Assembly: GCA_025451375.1 (NCBI GenBank)
Contig: JANWKL010000032.1
Coordinates: forward strand, 1-61,087
Direction of reading: 5' to 3'
DNA: 61,087 nucleotides
DNA from: Steroidobacteraceae bacterium
GTDB taxonomy: Bacteria; Pseudomonadota; Gammaproteobacteria; Steroidobacterales; Steroidobacteraceae
A program made the position numbers and the translations under genes. Below are positions 47,318 through 56,651 of this stretch, piece by piece (the stretch's first letter is position 1; each line of letters starts with the position of its first letter). Below the pieces are notes generated by a model. It was not told the DNA's origin. It searched no databases and saw only the letters and a list, made by a program, of their open reading frames with translations.

Positions 47318-47746
47318 ATGACGCGTGATCTGGATTTCGTGATCGCGTTGCCGGGGCAGGGTGTGCCCGGACTCGTGCGGGTGTTCTCAGCCGATTTCTA
47401 CATTGACGAGGATGCCGTGCGCGCCGCGGTCAGCTCACAGCGAATGGTCAATCTGATGCACCTGAGCAGCGCGATCAAGGTGGACCTGTTCATCCGCAAA
47501 GACACCCGCTATCGGCAGCTGGAGTTTGAACGCCGCAAAGCGGTGGAACTGGCGGGCGTGCATACGTGGATTACCAGCCGCGAAGACCTGATCCTCTCGA
47601 AGCTCGTCTGGTCCCGCGATACAGGCTCGGAGCTGCAGATGCGCGATGTACGAGCGTTGCTCAAGGATGCGGTCGATTGGCCGTATTTGAGGCACTGGGC
47701 GCCGGTTCTGGATGTGGTCGCGATGCTCGACGAGGCCGCGAAATGA
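47318..47746 (+). CDS. nucleotidyltransferase-fold protein, apparently 5'-truncated
   Basis: The first ATG falls inside the NTase signature ...ALGYYSQPR-M-TRDLDFVI (G-x-DxD), with the third acidic residue in KVDLFI. The frame is open back to 47246 with no ATG/GTG/TTG. Confidence 0.5.
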   Translation: MTRDLDFVIALPGQGVPGLVRVFSADFYIDEDAVRAAVSSQRMVNLMHLSSAIKVDLFIRKDTRYRQLEFERRKAVELAGVHTWITSREDLILSKLVWSRDTGSELQMRDVRALLKDAVDWPYLRHWAPVLDVVAMLDEAAK

Positions 47747-47979
47747 GCGATACGTCGCCCGACATGGAAAAGATGGTGGACGAGCGCTATCGCAGCATGA
47801 CACCCGATCAGCGCGTGCGGATTGCCGCCTCCATGTTCGAGACGGCGCGGGCACTCATTGAGTCCTCGCTGCCACCGAATCTGAGCCGCAAGGAGCGCCG
47901 CCTGGCATTCGCGCGCCGCCTGTACGAGGGCGAGCTGCCCGAGAGGGCATTGCACGCCTTCGCGGATTGGGGCGCGTAA
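47743..47979 (+). CDS. hypothetical small helical protein (78 aa), coupled to the NTase-fold gene
   Basis: ATGA overlap at 47743-47746. MSDTSPDMEKMVDERYRSMTPDQRVRIAASMFETARALIE... No family recognised. Confidence 0.5.
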   Translation: MSDTSPDMEKMVDERYRSMTPDQRVRIAASMFETARALIESSLPPNLSRKERRLAFARRLYEGELPERALHAFADWGA

Positions 47980-47982
47980 GGG

Positions 47983-49047
47983 TTATGGCCTTTTGGCATC
48001 CGGTGCATAGTCAAACGAATCGAAATACAGCCGCTCCGGCGCAAGTCCGTGGCGCGGGAAATTCGCGCGCAGCGCCTCGATCATGGCGGGCGGCCCGGCG
48101 GCATACACCTCGAGCGGCGTCAGGTCCGGGAAGTCGGCGATCACGGCGTCGTGCACCCAACCTACGCGGTGATGCCGGCCCTCAGCCGCAGTGGCTTCCG
48201 ACAGCACCGCGGTGAAGGAGAGCTGCGGGTGGCGGTGCACCCATTCGAGCACCAGGCTCTCCTCGTAAATATCCCGCAGGTGGCGCGCACCCCAGTAGAA
48301 ATGGATGCGGCGCGTGATGCCGGTCTCCAGCACATGGCGCAGCATCGACTTCAGCGGCGCAAACCCGGTGCCGCCGGCGATCATGAGCACCGGCCCTGTG
48401 CCGTCGCGGTAAATGAACTGACCGATCGGCCCCTCGATGCGCAGCAGCGATCCTTGTTGCAGTGGGCCGCCGGACTGGGCAGGCGCCGACCCTGACCCAT
48501 CAAACATCCGCTCGGTGAATCCACCGCCGGGCACGCGACGCACGTGCAGCTCAATGAGCCTGGCGTCGTGAGGCGGACTGGCGATCGAGAAGCTGCGGCG
48601 GCGGTTGTCGATGAGCACGTCCAGGTACTGGCCGGGCCGAAACCGCAGTGCCTCCACCGCCGGCAGCCGCAACATGACCTGCACTACGTCGGGAGCCAGG
48701 AGTGTCAGGCGTTCGATCCGGCACGGCAGTGTCTTGATCTCGACGTCCGCGACGTTGGCGATCAGGCGCGCGGTCACCACCAGGTCCGAGTCGGCGCGCG
48801 CCTGACATAGAAGTACGAACCCCCCGGCTTCCTCGGCGGCACTGAGGCCCAGCGGCCGGCCGTTCGGGTAGTGAATGAGCCCATCCACCAGGTGCGCGCG
48901 GCACGAGCCGCAATGCCCCGATTTACAGCTGTGCGGCAGATTCAGGCCCGCCGCCAGCGCTGCCTCCAGCACCGGCTGTGCCGCCTGCACCTGCAGGGTG
49001 CGGCCCATCGGTTCAACCCGCACGTTGTGTTCGTCCTTCCTCACCAC
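47983..49047 (-). CDS. [2Fe-2S] ferredoxin-FAD/NAD(P) oxidoreductase (CDP-6-deoxy-delta-3,4-glucoseen reductase-like)
   Basis: CKSGHCGSCRA plant-type cluster motif, RSFSIAS FAD motif and GGTGFAP NAD motif. Confidence 0.85.
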   Translation of the reverse strand: MVRKDEHNVRVEPMGRTLQVQAAQPVLEAALAAGLNLPHSCKSGHCGSCRAHLVDGLIHYPNGRPLGLSAAEEAGGFVLLCQARADSDLVVTARLIANVADVEIKTLPCRIERLTLLAPDVVQVMLRLPAVEALRFRPGQYLDVLIDNRRRSFSIASPPHDARLIELHVRRVPGGGFTERMFDGSGSAPAQSGGPLQQGSLLRIEGPIGQFIYRDGTGPVLMIAGGTGFAPLKSMLRHVLETGITRRIHFYWGARHLRDIYEESLVLEWVHRHPQLSFTAVLSEATAAEGRHHRVGWVHDAVIADFPDLTPLEVYAAGPPAMIEALRANFPRHGLAPERLYFDSFDYAPDAKRP

Positions 49048-49084
49048 CGTAGACTAGAGGCTGACGAAGCCAAAGGCCAAGGAG

Positions 49085-49519
49085 TTGCTTGTGTTCGCCA
49101 ACCCCCCGGCGCAGGACATCGCCCGGTTGCTGCGCGGCGCCCGCATCATCGCGGTCGTGGGGCTGTCGGCCGATGCGACCCGGCCGAGCCACGGGGTCGC
49201 GCGCGCGCTGCAGCGTTTCGGCTATCGGATCATTCCGGTGACGCCGTCGGCGGAAAGCATCCTGGGAGAGCCGGCTGTCCCGTCGCTCGCGCAGCTGCCG
49301 GAAGTGCTTGGCGCGGACGAACGGGTGGACATCGTCGACGTGTTCCGTCGCCCCGAGCATGTCGCGGCGATCGTGGACGAGTGCATTCGCCTCAAGGTAC
49401 CGGCGCTGTGGCTGCAGGAGGGCGTGGTCGACCACGCCGCCGCCGAACGCGCGGTACAGGCGGGGATTTTCACGGTTATGGACCGGTGCCTGTTCAAGGA
49501 CCGCGCCGCGCTACGTTAA
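49085..49519 (+). CDS. CoA-binding domain protein (YccU-like)
   Basis: ARIIAVVGLSADATRPSHGVARALQRFGYRIIPV. AAGGAG SD present. GTG 49091 is an equally plausible start. Confidence 0.85.
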   Translation: MLVFANPPAQDIARLLRGARIIAVVGLSADATRPSHGVARALQRFGYRIIPVTPSAESILGEPAVPSLAQLPEVLGADERVDIVDVFRRPEHVAAIVDECIRLKVPALWLQEGVVDHAAAERAVQAGIFTVMDRCLFKDRAALR

Positions 49520-49521
49520 TT

Positions 49522-49551
49522 GGCCGAAATCGGCAGGAAGCGATTTCGGCC
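49522..49551. repeat. REP-like hairpin element, copy 1
   Basis: GGCCGAAATCG-GCAGGAAG-CGATTTCGGCC forms an 11-bp perfect stem, 3 nt after the stop of the CoA-binding gene. Confidence 0.55.
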
Positions 49552-49631
49552 GCCGTCGCATGGGCTTTTGCCGGCTGCTCTGGGTCAGGCGGCGCTGGCG
49601 CGCGGCGTGTTTTGCGTTATTCTTCTGCGGA

Positions 49632-50459
49632 ATGCGCATCGATTTTACGAAGATGCACGGGGTCGGCAACGACTTCGTGGTGTTCGATGCCCCCGCCGAC
49701 GAATCCTTGCTTACGCCCGAACTCCTGCGTGCGCTGGCCGACCGCCGTACCGGCATCGGCTTTGACCAGGCGCTCGTCCTCGGGAAACCGCGGCGCGCGG
49801 ACACGGTCGTGTATTACCGGATTTTCAACGCCGATGGCGATGAGGTTGAGCAGTGCGGCAACGGCGCGCGCTGCATCGCCGCCCTCCTGCAACACCGCGG
49901 CACGGCCCGCAACGCCGCCATCACCCTGGATAGTCCCGCCGGCCTCGTGCATGCGCGCATCGGGGGGAGCAGCGTGTCAGTTGACATGGGCGTGCCTGAT
50001 TTCGCTCCCCGCTCGCTGCCCTTTGCAGCGCCAGCCGAGAGCGACAGTTACTCCCTGGAGGTCCCCGGCGGTACCGTTGCGATCGGGGCGGTCTCCATGG
50101 GCAATCCACACGCCGTGCTGACCGTGCCTTCGGTGGCGGCGGCAGCGGTGGCCACGCTCGGTCCTGTTATCGAACGGCATCCGCGATTTCCCAGGCGCGT
50201 CAACGCCGGATTCCTCGAGATCGTCGACCGTGCGCAGGTGCGTTTGCGCGTCTGGGAACGCGGCGCGGGGGAAACCCGCAGCTGCGGCACCGGCGCCTGT
50301 GCCGCGGTCGCGATCGGCCGCCGCCGCGGACTCCTCGACGAGGAGGTGCGGGTGAGCGTGCGCGGCGGCGAGTTGCGCGTAAACTGGGCGGGACCCGGCA
50401 GCCGCATCTGGCTGACGGGGTCAACGGAAATATCTTTTGAAGGTCACGTTGAGGTCTGA
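49632..50459 (+). CDS. dapF: diaminopimelate epimerase
   Basis: MHGVGNDFVVFD, EQCGNGARC and SCGTGACA active-site Cys motifs. The longer ORF 49308..50459 is an artefact. Confidence 0.9.
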   Translation: MRIDFTKMHGVGNDFVVFDAPADESLLTPELLRALADRRTGIGFDQALVLGKPRRADTVVYYRIFNADGDEVEQCGNGARCIAALLQHRGTARNAAITLDSPAGLVHARIGGSSVSVDMGVPDFAPRSLPFAAPAESDSYSLEVPGGTVAIGAVSMGNPHAVLTVPSVAAAAVATLGPVIERHPRFPRRVNAGFLEIVDRAQVRLRVWERGAGETRSCGTGACAAVAIGRRRGLLDEEVRVSVRGGELRVNWAGPGSRIWLTGSTEISFEGHVEV

Positions 50460-50465
50460 AGCGCT

Positions 50466-51173
50466 ATGACGACACGAGAGGCTCGCGGACTTGCTGCGGC
50501 GGAAACCGAAGAGGAGTCCATCGCAACCTACCTGCAGCACAATCCGGATTTCTTCGAGCGCCACCAGGCGGTGCTGGTGCGCTTGAAGCTGCCGCACGTG
50601 CGCGGCGGGGCGACCATCTCACTCGTCGAGCGCCAGATCGAAGTGCTGCGGGAGAAGCAGGCGTCCCTCGAGAGCAAGCTCGGGGAGCTGGTGCGGGTCG
50701 CGCGCGCGAATGATGCGATCGCGGAGCGCCTGCATCGCTTCACCCGCCGCCTGCTGCGCGACGTGCCGCGGACGGAAGCCATCACGCGGATCGAGACCGG
50801 CCTGCGCGAGGACTTCGACGCGTTCCACGCGGTCATCATTCTCATCGGCGCACACGCAGATCTCGCCGGGCAGCGCCTGGTGCGCGCCGTGCCACCGGAT
50901 GATCCGAACCTGAAATCCTTTGAGTCGCTGTTTGCCGCCGGTAAGCCGCGCTGTGGCCAGGCGCGCGACTCGCAGCGCGACTTTCTCTTCGGGCCTGAAG
51001 GCAACGAGATGGCCTCCCTCGCGCTGGTGCCACTCGGCGACAAGGGAGCGCTCGGCCTTCTGGCGCTGGGCAGCGCCGACAAGGAGCGCTTCCATCCGGG
51101 CATGAGCACCGAGTTCCTGGCCCGCCTGGCGGAGCTGATCACCGACGCGCTGAGCGCCAGCCCCGCGCGCTAG
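50466..51173 (+). CDS. DUF484 family protein (YigA-like)
   Basis: Occupies the conserved position between dapF and xerC. N-terminus is ...IATYLQHNPDFFERH. Confidence 0.85.
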   Translation: MTTREARGLAAAETEEESIATYLQHNPDFFERHQAVLVRLKLPHVRGGATISLVERQIEVLREKQASLESKLGELVRVARANDAIAERLHRFTRRLLRDVPRTEAITRIETGLREDFDAFHAVIILIGAHADLAGQRLVRAVPPDDPNLKSFESLFAAGKPRCGQARDSQRDFLFGPEGNEMASLALVPLGDKGALGLLALGSADKERFHPGMSTEFLARLAELITDALSASPAR

Positions 51174-51340
51174 AAGCGTGTTAGCACTGCGGTACCAACC
51201 GTACGGTCACGGCCAAGGCAATTGCCGCAGCCGGCCAAAGTCCCTGCGCCAGCTTCGCTTTGAAGCGCTCGGTTGCTGAGGTGATCGTGGCAGTGTGCAT
51301 CGAGCCCCGCCTCTGGCCGGCGGAAACGGAGCCACTGTCC

Positions 51341-51369
51341 GCCGGAATCGCTGCCAAGCGATTTCGGCC
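51341..51369. repeat. REP-like hairpin element, copy 2 (diverged loop)
   Basis: GCCGGAATCG-CTGCCAAG-CGATTTCGGCC has the same arms as copy 1 with one G-T pair. It lies 16 nt upstream of xerC. Confidence 0.45.
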
Positions 51370-51384
51370 AATGGACTAGAGGGC

Positions 51385-52323
51385 ATGACTCCCGCCGCGC
51401 TCGAGTGGGTGGAGCGCTTCCGGCGCTACCTCAACACCGAGCGGCGGCTTTCACCGCACACCGACGTGAGCTATGCGCGCGATCTTGCGGCGTTGGTGAA
51501 ATTCTGCGACGGCGCAGGTCTCAGCGACTGGAAGGCCCTGGATACTCAACACATCCGTACCTTCGCCGCGCACTCGCACGCTAAAGGCCTGGGTCCCCGC
51601 AGCATCCAGCGGCGCCTCTGCGCGGTGCGCAGCTTCTACGAGTTTCTCCTGCGCGAAGGGCACAATTCGGTCGCGGGCGGTGGGCGACGCGGCGCACGCG
51701 TGACCTACAATCCCGGCCACGAGGTGCGCGCCCCCAAGGCGGCGCGCCGCCTGCCGCACACGCTGGATGCGGACCAGATGGCGCGCCTGCTGGCGATTCC
51801 CGCAGGCGACGGCCTCATCGCGCGCGACCGCGCCATCATGGAACTCCTGTACTCGTCTGGCCTGCGCTTGGCGGAACTTGTCGGCGTGGACGTGGCGTCC
51901 GTTGATCTTAGAGACTGCACGGTGCGGGTCCTCGGCAAGGGCGGGAAAGCGCGGATCGTGCCGGTGGGGCGCCAGGCTGTGGACGCGCTCAAGGCGTGGC
52001 TCAAGGAACGCGCCACACTGGTCAAGGCGCATGAACCCGCGCTCTTCGTCGGCCGTACCGGCAAGCGCCTGGGGGCCCGGGCCGTGCAGCTGCGCGTGGG
52101 GTACTGGGCGCGGCGCCAGGGCCTGGGTGTGCACGTCCATCCGCACCTGTTCCGGCACTCCTTTGCGTCGCATCTGCTTGAGTCGAGTGGAGAATTACGC
52201 GGCGTACAGGAGCTTTTGGGGCACGCGGACATCTCCACCACCCAGATCTATACCCACCTTGACTTCCAGCACCTTGCCCGCATTTACGACGCTACCCACC
52301 CACGGGCGCGTCGCAAGGCCTAG
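51385..52323 (+). CDS. xerC: tyrosine recombinase XerC
   Basis: HPHLFRHSFASHLL...GHADISTTQIYTHL catalytic R-H-R-Y context. dapF-DUF484-xerC synteny. Confidence 0.9.
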   Translation: MTPAALEWVERFRRYLNTERRLSPHTDVSYARDLAALVKFCDGAGLSDWKALDTQHIRTFAAHSHAKGLGPRSIQRRLCAVRSFYEFLLREGHNSVAGGGRRGARVTYNPGHEVRAPKAARRLPHTLDADQMARLLAIPAGDGLIARDRAIMELLYSSGLRLAELVGVDVASVDLRDCTVRVLGKGGKARIVPVGRQAVDALKAWLKERATLVKAHEPALFVGRTGKRLGARAVQLRVGYWARRQGLGVHVHPHLFRHSFASHLLESSGELRGVQELLGHADISTTQIYTHLDFQHLARIYDATHPRARRKA

Positions 52324-52335
52324 CCTGGAAATCGC

Positions 52336-52905
52336 ATGAGCGCAGAGTCCACTTTCAACCCCCATGGCACGACCATCCTCGGCGTGCGCCGCAACGGCGT
52401 GATCGCTTTAGGGGGCGACGGCCAGGTCACCCTTGGCACCACCGTCATGAAGGGCAACGCGCGCAAGGTGCGCCGCCTCGCGAACGACAAGGTGATTGCC
52501 GGTTTTGCCGGCGGCACGGCGGACGCTTTCACGCTGTTCGAGCGCTTCGAGGGCAAGCTCGAGAAGTACGGCAATCTCACGCGCGCGGCCATCGAGCTCG
52601 CCAAGGACTGGCGCTCGGATCGCTACCTGCGGCGCCTGGAGGCACTGCTCCTGGTCGGGGATCCGGAGAAGCTGTTCGTGATTTCCGGCAACGGCGATGT
52701 GATCGAGCCGGACTACGACGTCGCCGCCATCGGCTCCGGCGGACAGTTTGCGCTGGCCGCCGCGCGCGCGCTGGTCGAGGGCTCGACGCTCGACGCCCGC
52801 AGTATCGTCGAGCGCTCGCTCAACATCGCCGCCGACATCTGTATCTACACCAACCGCAACCTGGTGATCGAGGAAATGCGCCAGACTCAGGCGGCGAAGA
52901 TCTAA
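52336..52905 (+). CDS. hslV: ATP-dependent protease subunit HslV
   Basis: [12 protein letters not shown] carries the active-site Thr after a short propeptide. Confidence 0.95.
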   Translation: MSAESTFNPHGTTILGVRRNGVIALGGDGQVTLGTTVMKGNARKVRRLANDKVIAGFAGGTADAFTLFERFEGKLEKYGNLTRAAIELAKDWRSDRYLRRLEALLLVGDPEKLFVISGNGDVIEPDYDVAAIGSGGQFALAAARALVEGSTLDARSIVERSLNIAADICIYTNRNLVIEEMRQTQAAKI

Positions 52906-52911
52906 ACCAAC

Positions 52912-54267
52912 ATGTCAGACCTTACCCCCCGACAGATCGTCCAGGAACTCGATAAGCACATCATCGGCCAGGACGCCGCCAAGCGCGCCGTGGCTGTGGC
53001 ACTCCGCAATCGCTGGCGCCGCATGCAGGTCAAGGAACCGCTGCGCCAGGAGATCACGCCCAAGAACATTCTCATGATCGGGCCGACCGGTGTCGGCAAG
53101 ACCGAGATCGCGCGGCGGCTGGCTAAGCTCGCCAACGCCCCGTTCGTGAAAGTCGAGGCCACCAAGTTCACCGAAGTCGGCTACGTCGGGCGCGACGTCG
53201 ACTCGATCGTGAAGGAACTCGCCGACGTGGCGGTGAAAATGACCCGCGAGCAGGCCGTGGCCGGGGTGCGGGAGCGGGCGCTGGATGCGGCCGAGGACCG
53301 CGTGCTAGATGCGCTGCTGCCCAAGCCGCGCATGATGGGCTTCTCCACGGATGAGCCGGCGCACGCCCGCGATGGCGAGACCCGCCAGAAATTCCGCAAG
53401 ATGCTGCGCGAGCACGAACTCGATGACCGCGAGATCGAGATCGAGCTGCGCGGCATCCCGACCGGGGTCGACATCATGGCGCCGCCCGGCATGGAAGAGA
53501 TGCAGCAGCAGCTGCAGTCGATGTTCCAGAACCTCGGGAGCAACCGCACGCGCACCCGCAAGGTAAAAGTGCTCGAGGCGCTCAAGCTCCTCACCGACGA
53601 GGAAGCCGGCAAGCTCATCAACGAAGACGAGCTCAAGATCCAGGCGCTCGCCAATGCCGAGCAGAACGGCATCGTGTTCATCGACGAGATCGACAAGGTG
53701 ACGCGCCGCCAGGAAAGCCTGGGCGCCGATGTCTCGCGCGAGGGCGTGCAGCGCGATTTGCTGCCGCTGATCGAAGGCTCCACGGTCGCGACCAAGTACG
53801 GGCAGATGAAAACCGATCACGTGCTGTTCATCGCCTCCGGAGCGTTCAGCCTCTCCAAGCCCTCGGATCTGATTCCCGAACTGCAGGGCCGGCTGCCGAT
53901 CCGCGTTGAACTCAGCTCGCTCAGCGTCGGGGACTTCGTGCGCATCCTGACGGAACCCGATGCCTCCCTCACCGCACAGTACGCGGCGCTGATGGCGACC
54001 GAGGGCGTCACGGTGAACTTCGCAGCCGACGGCTTGCGGCGCATCGCCGAGATCGCCTTTCACGTGAACGAGCGCACCGAGAACATTGGCGCGCGGCGCC
54101 TGCACACCGTCATGGAGCGCCTGCTGGAAACTGTCTCCTACGAAGCGTCTGAGCAGGGCGACAAGTCCAACGGCGCGTCCGCCACCGTGACCGTCGATGC
54201 CAGGTACGTCGATGATCACCTGGGCAAGCTCGTGCAGGACGAGGACCTGAGCCGCTACATCCTGTAG
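52912..54267 (+). CDS. hslU: ATP-dependent protease ATPase subunit HslU
   Basis: Walker [16 protein letters not shown] and FIDEIDK. Confidence 0.95.
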   Translation: MSDLTPRQIVQELDKHIIGQDAAKRAVAVALRNRWRRMQVKEPLRQEITPKNILMIGPTGVGKTEIARRLAKLANAPFVKVEATKFTEVGYVGRDVDSIVKELADVAVKMTREQAVAGVRERALDAAEDRVLDALLPKPRMMGFSTDEPAHARDGETRQKFRKMLREHELDDREIEIELRGIPTGVDIMAPPGMEEMQQQLQSMFQNLGSNRTRTRKVKVLEALKLLTDEEAGKLINEDELKIQALANAEQNGIVFIDEIDKVTRRQESLGADVSREGVQRDLLPLIEGSTVATKYGQMKTDHVLFIASGAFSLSKPSDLIPELQGRLPIRVELSSLSVGDFVRILTEPDASLTAQYAALMATEGVTVNFAADGLRRIAEIAFHVNERTENIGARRLHTVMERLLETVSYEASEQGDKSNGASATVTVDARYVDDHLGKLVQDEDLSRYIL

Positions 54268-54381
54268 GGCGGCCCTGCGATTGCTGTTGGATCGGCGCGG
54301 TCCGATGTTTGCCGCTGGCGCGGCGTCGGCGCTACACTAACCGCCTGTCAGAACAACAAGTACTTCGCAAGGGGGGCCGCA

Positions 54382-54747
54382 ATGCGAGGCATCGTATGGC
54401 TGAAAATAGCCGCGGTTTATTTCGTCCTGGGCACCGGTCTCGGAATCTACATGGGAGCCACCGACGATCATGTTCTGTTTCCGGTTCACGCCCACCTCAA
54501 CCTGCTCGGCTGGGTGTCGCTCGCCCTCATCGGCCTGATCTATCAGCAGTTCCCGGCACTCGCGGGCACGCATCTCGCGCGGATCCAGTTCTGGGTGCAC
54601 AACCTGGCGCTGCCGCCGGCCATGCTGGCGCTGGCCTGCTACCTGCGCGGCAACCAGTCGCTTGGTCCCATCCTGGGAATTACCTCCGCCGCTATCGGCG
54701 TGGCGGTGGTGCTGTTTGCGGTGAATCTGTTCAGAAATCTTAAGTGA
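54382..54747 (+). CDS. hypothetical 4-TM membrane protein with conserved-looking His residues
   Basis: Four hydrophobic helices. The HAHLNLLGW motif is reminiscent of haem/copper-liganding helices. No family recognised with confidence. Confidence 0.55.
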   Translation: MRGIVWLKIAAVYFVLGTGLGIYMGATDDHVLFPVHAHLNLLGWVSLALIGLIYQQFPALAGTHLARIQFWVHNLALPPAMLALACYLRGNQSLGPILGITSAAIGVAVVLFAVNLFRNLK

Positions 54748-54816
54748 GGGCGGCGCACTTGCGGCGCACCTGCGACGCTCGTGCCCAGGAGTGCGATCTG
54801 TCGATGCCGACCGCGG

Positions 54817-55560
54817 TCAGATCCTGAACCGCTCCTTGAGCTCCCCCGCCATGCGCCGGCTGACTTCCAGCGGCGCCGGGCAGCCGCGCAGGTGCACGAA
54901 GTACTGACCGTCGGCGTCGCGTTCGATGCGCTCGAGATACTTCACGCTCACCAGCGCGTTGCGGTGAATTCGCGCGAAGCTCGCGCTGAATTCCCGCTCC
55001 AGCAGTCGCAGTGACTCCTCGATCAGATCTTCACCGTTGAGGTGACGCACCGTCGTGTATTTCTGGTCGGCGAGGAAGTACTGCACTTCCTCAATGGGAA
55101 TGAGCTTCAGACCCTCGCGGTGGCGGGCCGCGATGTGGGTGCGGCGCGCCTCGGCGCCCGCGGCAAGCTTTTGCAGCTGGGCGCGCGTCAGGCGCCCGGC
55201 GCGCACCAGTGAAGCCGCCAGCTGTTCCTGGCGCACCGGCTTCAGCAGATAGCCGACCGCGTGCGTGTCGAAAGCCTCGACGGCGTACTGATCGTAAGCG
55301 GTCGTGAAAATGACCGCCGGCGGCTCTTCCAGGACGTTGAGGTGCCGCGCTGCCTCGAGCCCATCCATTCCCGGCATGCGAACGTCCAGCAGCACCACGT
55401 CGGGATTGAGTTCGCTGGTCGCCTTGAGTGCCTCGTGACCGTTCGCTGCCTCGCCGATCACTTCGACGTCGGTGATTTCGGCGAGCAGGCTGCGCAGCCG
55501 CTCGCGCGCCGGCGATTCGTCATCGACGATCAGCACCTTGAGCGCGGCCGGCCCGATCAT
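54817..55560 (-). CDS. LytTR-family response regulator (AlgR-like)
   Basis: Receiver domain (KVLIVDDE, DVVLLDVRMPGMDG) plus a C-terminal LytTR domain. Confidence 0.85.
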   Translation of the reverse strand: MIGPAALKVLIVDDESPARERLRSLLAEITDVEVIGEAANGHEALKATSELNPDVVLLDVRMPGMDGLEAARHLNVLEEPPAVIFTTAYDQYAVEAFDTHAVGYLLKPVRQEQLAASLVRAGRLTRAQLQKLAAGAEARRTHIAARHREGLKLIPIEEVQYFLADQKYTTVRHLNGEDLIEESLRLLEREFSASFARIHRNALVSVKYLERIERDADGQYFVHLRGCPAPLEVSRRMAGELKERFRI

Positions 55561-56651
55561 GTCGCCAACGCGGCTTTAGGCGTGGGTGGCGCGGCGGCCT
55601 TCTCGATGAGCGGGAAGCGCAGGGTCACGATGTACTCGGCATCGAACCGGCCCGACTTCATGAGGGCGCGCTCGCCGTACATGAGGCTCAGGCGCTCGCG
55701 GATGTTGGCAAGCGCCAGGCGGTTGCCGTCACGCATCTGGGCCGCAGGTCCCAGGGGGTTACGCACCACCACCGTGATCAGCCCGCCACTGACTTCGCCG
55801 CTGATGGTTACCGTCCCGCCTTCCGGGCGCGGCTCGACACCGTGGTAAACGGCATTCTCGAGCAGCGGCTGGATCATCAGGTGGGGCACGAGCGCGTGGG
55901 CCGGTAAGGTGTCGGTGTGCCACTCCACTTTGAGGCGGTCACCGAGGCGCAGCTGTTCCATGCGCTGGTAGGTGTGCGCCACTTCCAGTTCTTCAGCCAG
56001 CGTAATGGTGTCGCGCTGGTCGCTCAGGGTGGCGCGAAACAGATCGGCCAGATCCTGCACCGCTCCTTCGGCGCGCACCGGATTGCTGCGCGTGAGCGCC
56101 GCGATGGTGTTCATGCTGTTGAACAGAAAATGCGGTCGGATGCGGGCCTGCAGCGCGTGCACACGCGCTGCGGCCCGCAGCTCGACGCTGAGGCGCCACT
56201 GCTGCGCCACGTAGAAGTAGCGCAGCGTGAGTCCGGTCACTACCAGTCCGATCCACAGGTTGCGCAGGGCGAAGCGGCTGAGGTTATCCGGGAAGAGCGC
56301 GGCGCCCCCGGAGTCGATCACCAGGTGGCTGCGGCCGGCCAGCGCCGCGCACGCCGACACCGCGACCACCACCGAGCTGACGAGGACCAGTACCGCCACA
56401 GAGCCGGCCGTCACGGTGAGGCGCAGGAGCCGATCGCGCAGCGCGCACAGAAGCGCCGCCACGGTAAGTCCCGTCCACAGGAGCAACATCGAGGTACGCG
56501 CCAGATCGGTCCAGAAATCGATCGCGCTCTGGCGCGCCAGCGTGAGTACGAAAGCGGTGAGCTCCACGATCAGCACGATGGCGAGCGCCGTGCGTTGCGC
56601 GCAGAAATCCGGCAGGTAGAAGGCGTTGCCGCTGCCGGGCTCGGTCTTCAT
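55557..56651 (-). CDS. LytS/AlgZ(FimS)-type sensor histidine kinase
   Basis: Multi-TM N-terminus. His_kinase box LQARIRPHFLFNSMNTI and an ATPase domain. ATGA overlaps at both ends. Confidence 0.8.
   Translation of the reverse strand: MKTEPGSGNAFYLPDFCAQRTALAIVLIVELTAFVLTLARQSAIDFWTDLARTSMLLLWTGLTVAALLCALRDRLLRLTVTAGSVAVLVLVSSVVVAVSACAALAGRSHLVIDSGGAALFPDNLSRFALRNLWIGLVVTGLTLRYFYVAQQWRLSVELRAAARVHALQARIRPHFLFNSMNTIAALTRSNPVRAEGAVQDLADLFRATLSDQRDTITLAEELEVAHTYQRMEQLRLGDRLKVEWHTDTLPAHALVPHLMIQPLLENAVYHGVEPRPEGGTVTISGEVSGGLITVVVRNPLGPAAQMRDGNRLALANIRERLSLMYGERALMKSGRFDAEYIVTLRFPLIEKAAAPPTPKAALAT

Noticed and set aside
51385-52323. Tyrosine recombinase as a sign of an integrated mobile element or prophage.
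   Set aside because: The sequence and the dapF-DUF484-xerC-hslVU context identify it as housekeeping XerC. No phage, transposase or att-like repeats are nearby.
54748-54770. Direct repeat GCGGCGCAC x2 after the 4-TM gene.
   Set aside because: It is short, GC-rich and lies between convergent genes. It has no inverted-repeat or terminator structure and is probably chance.
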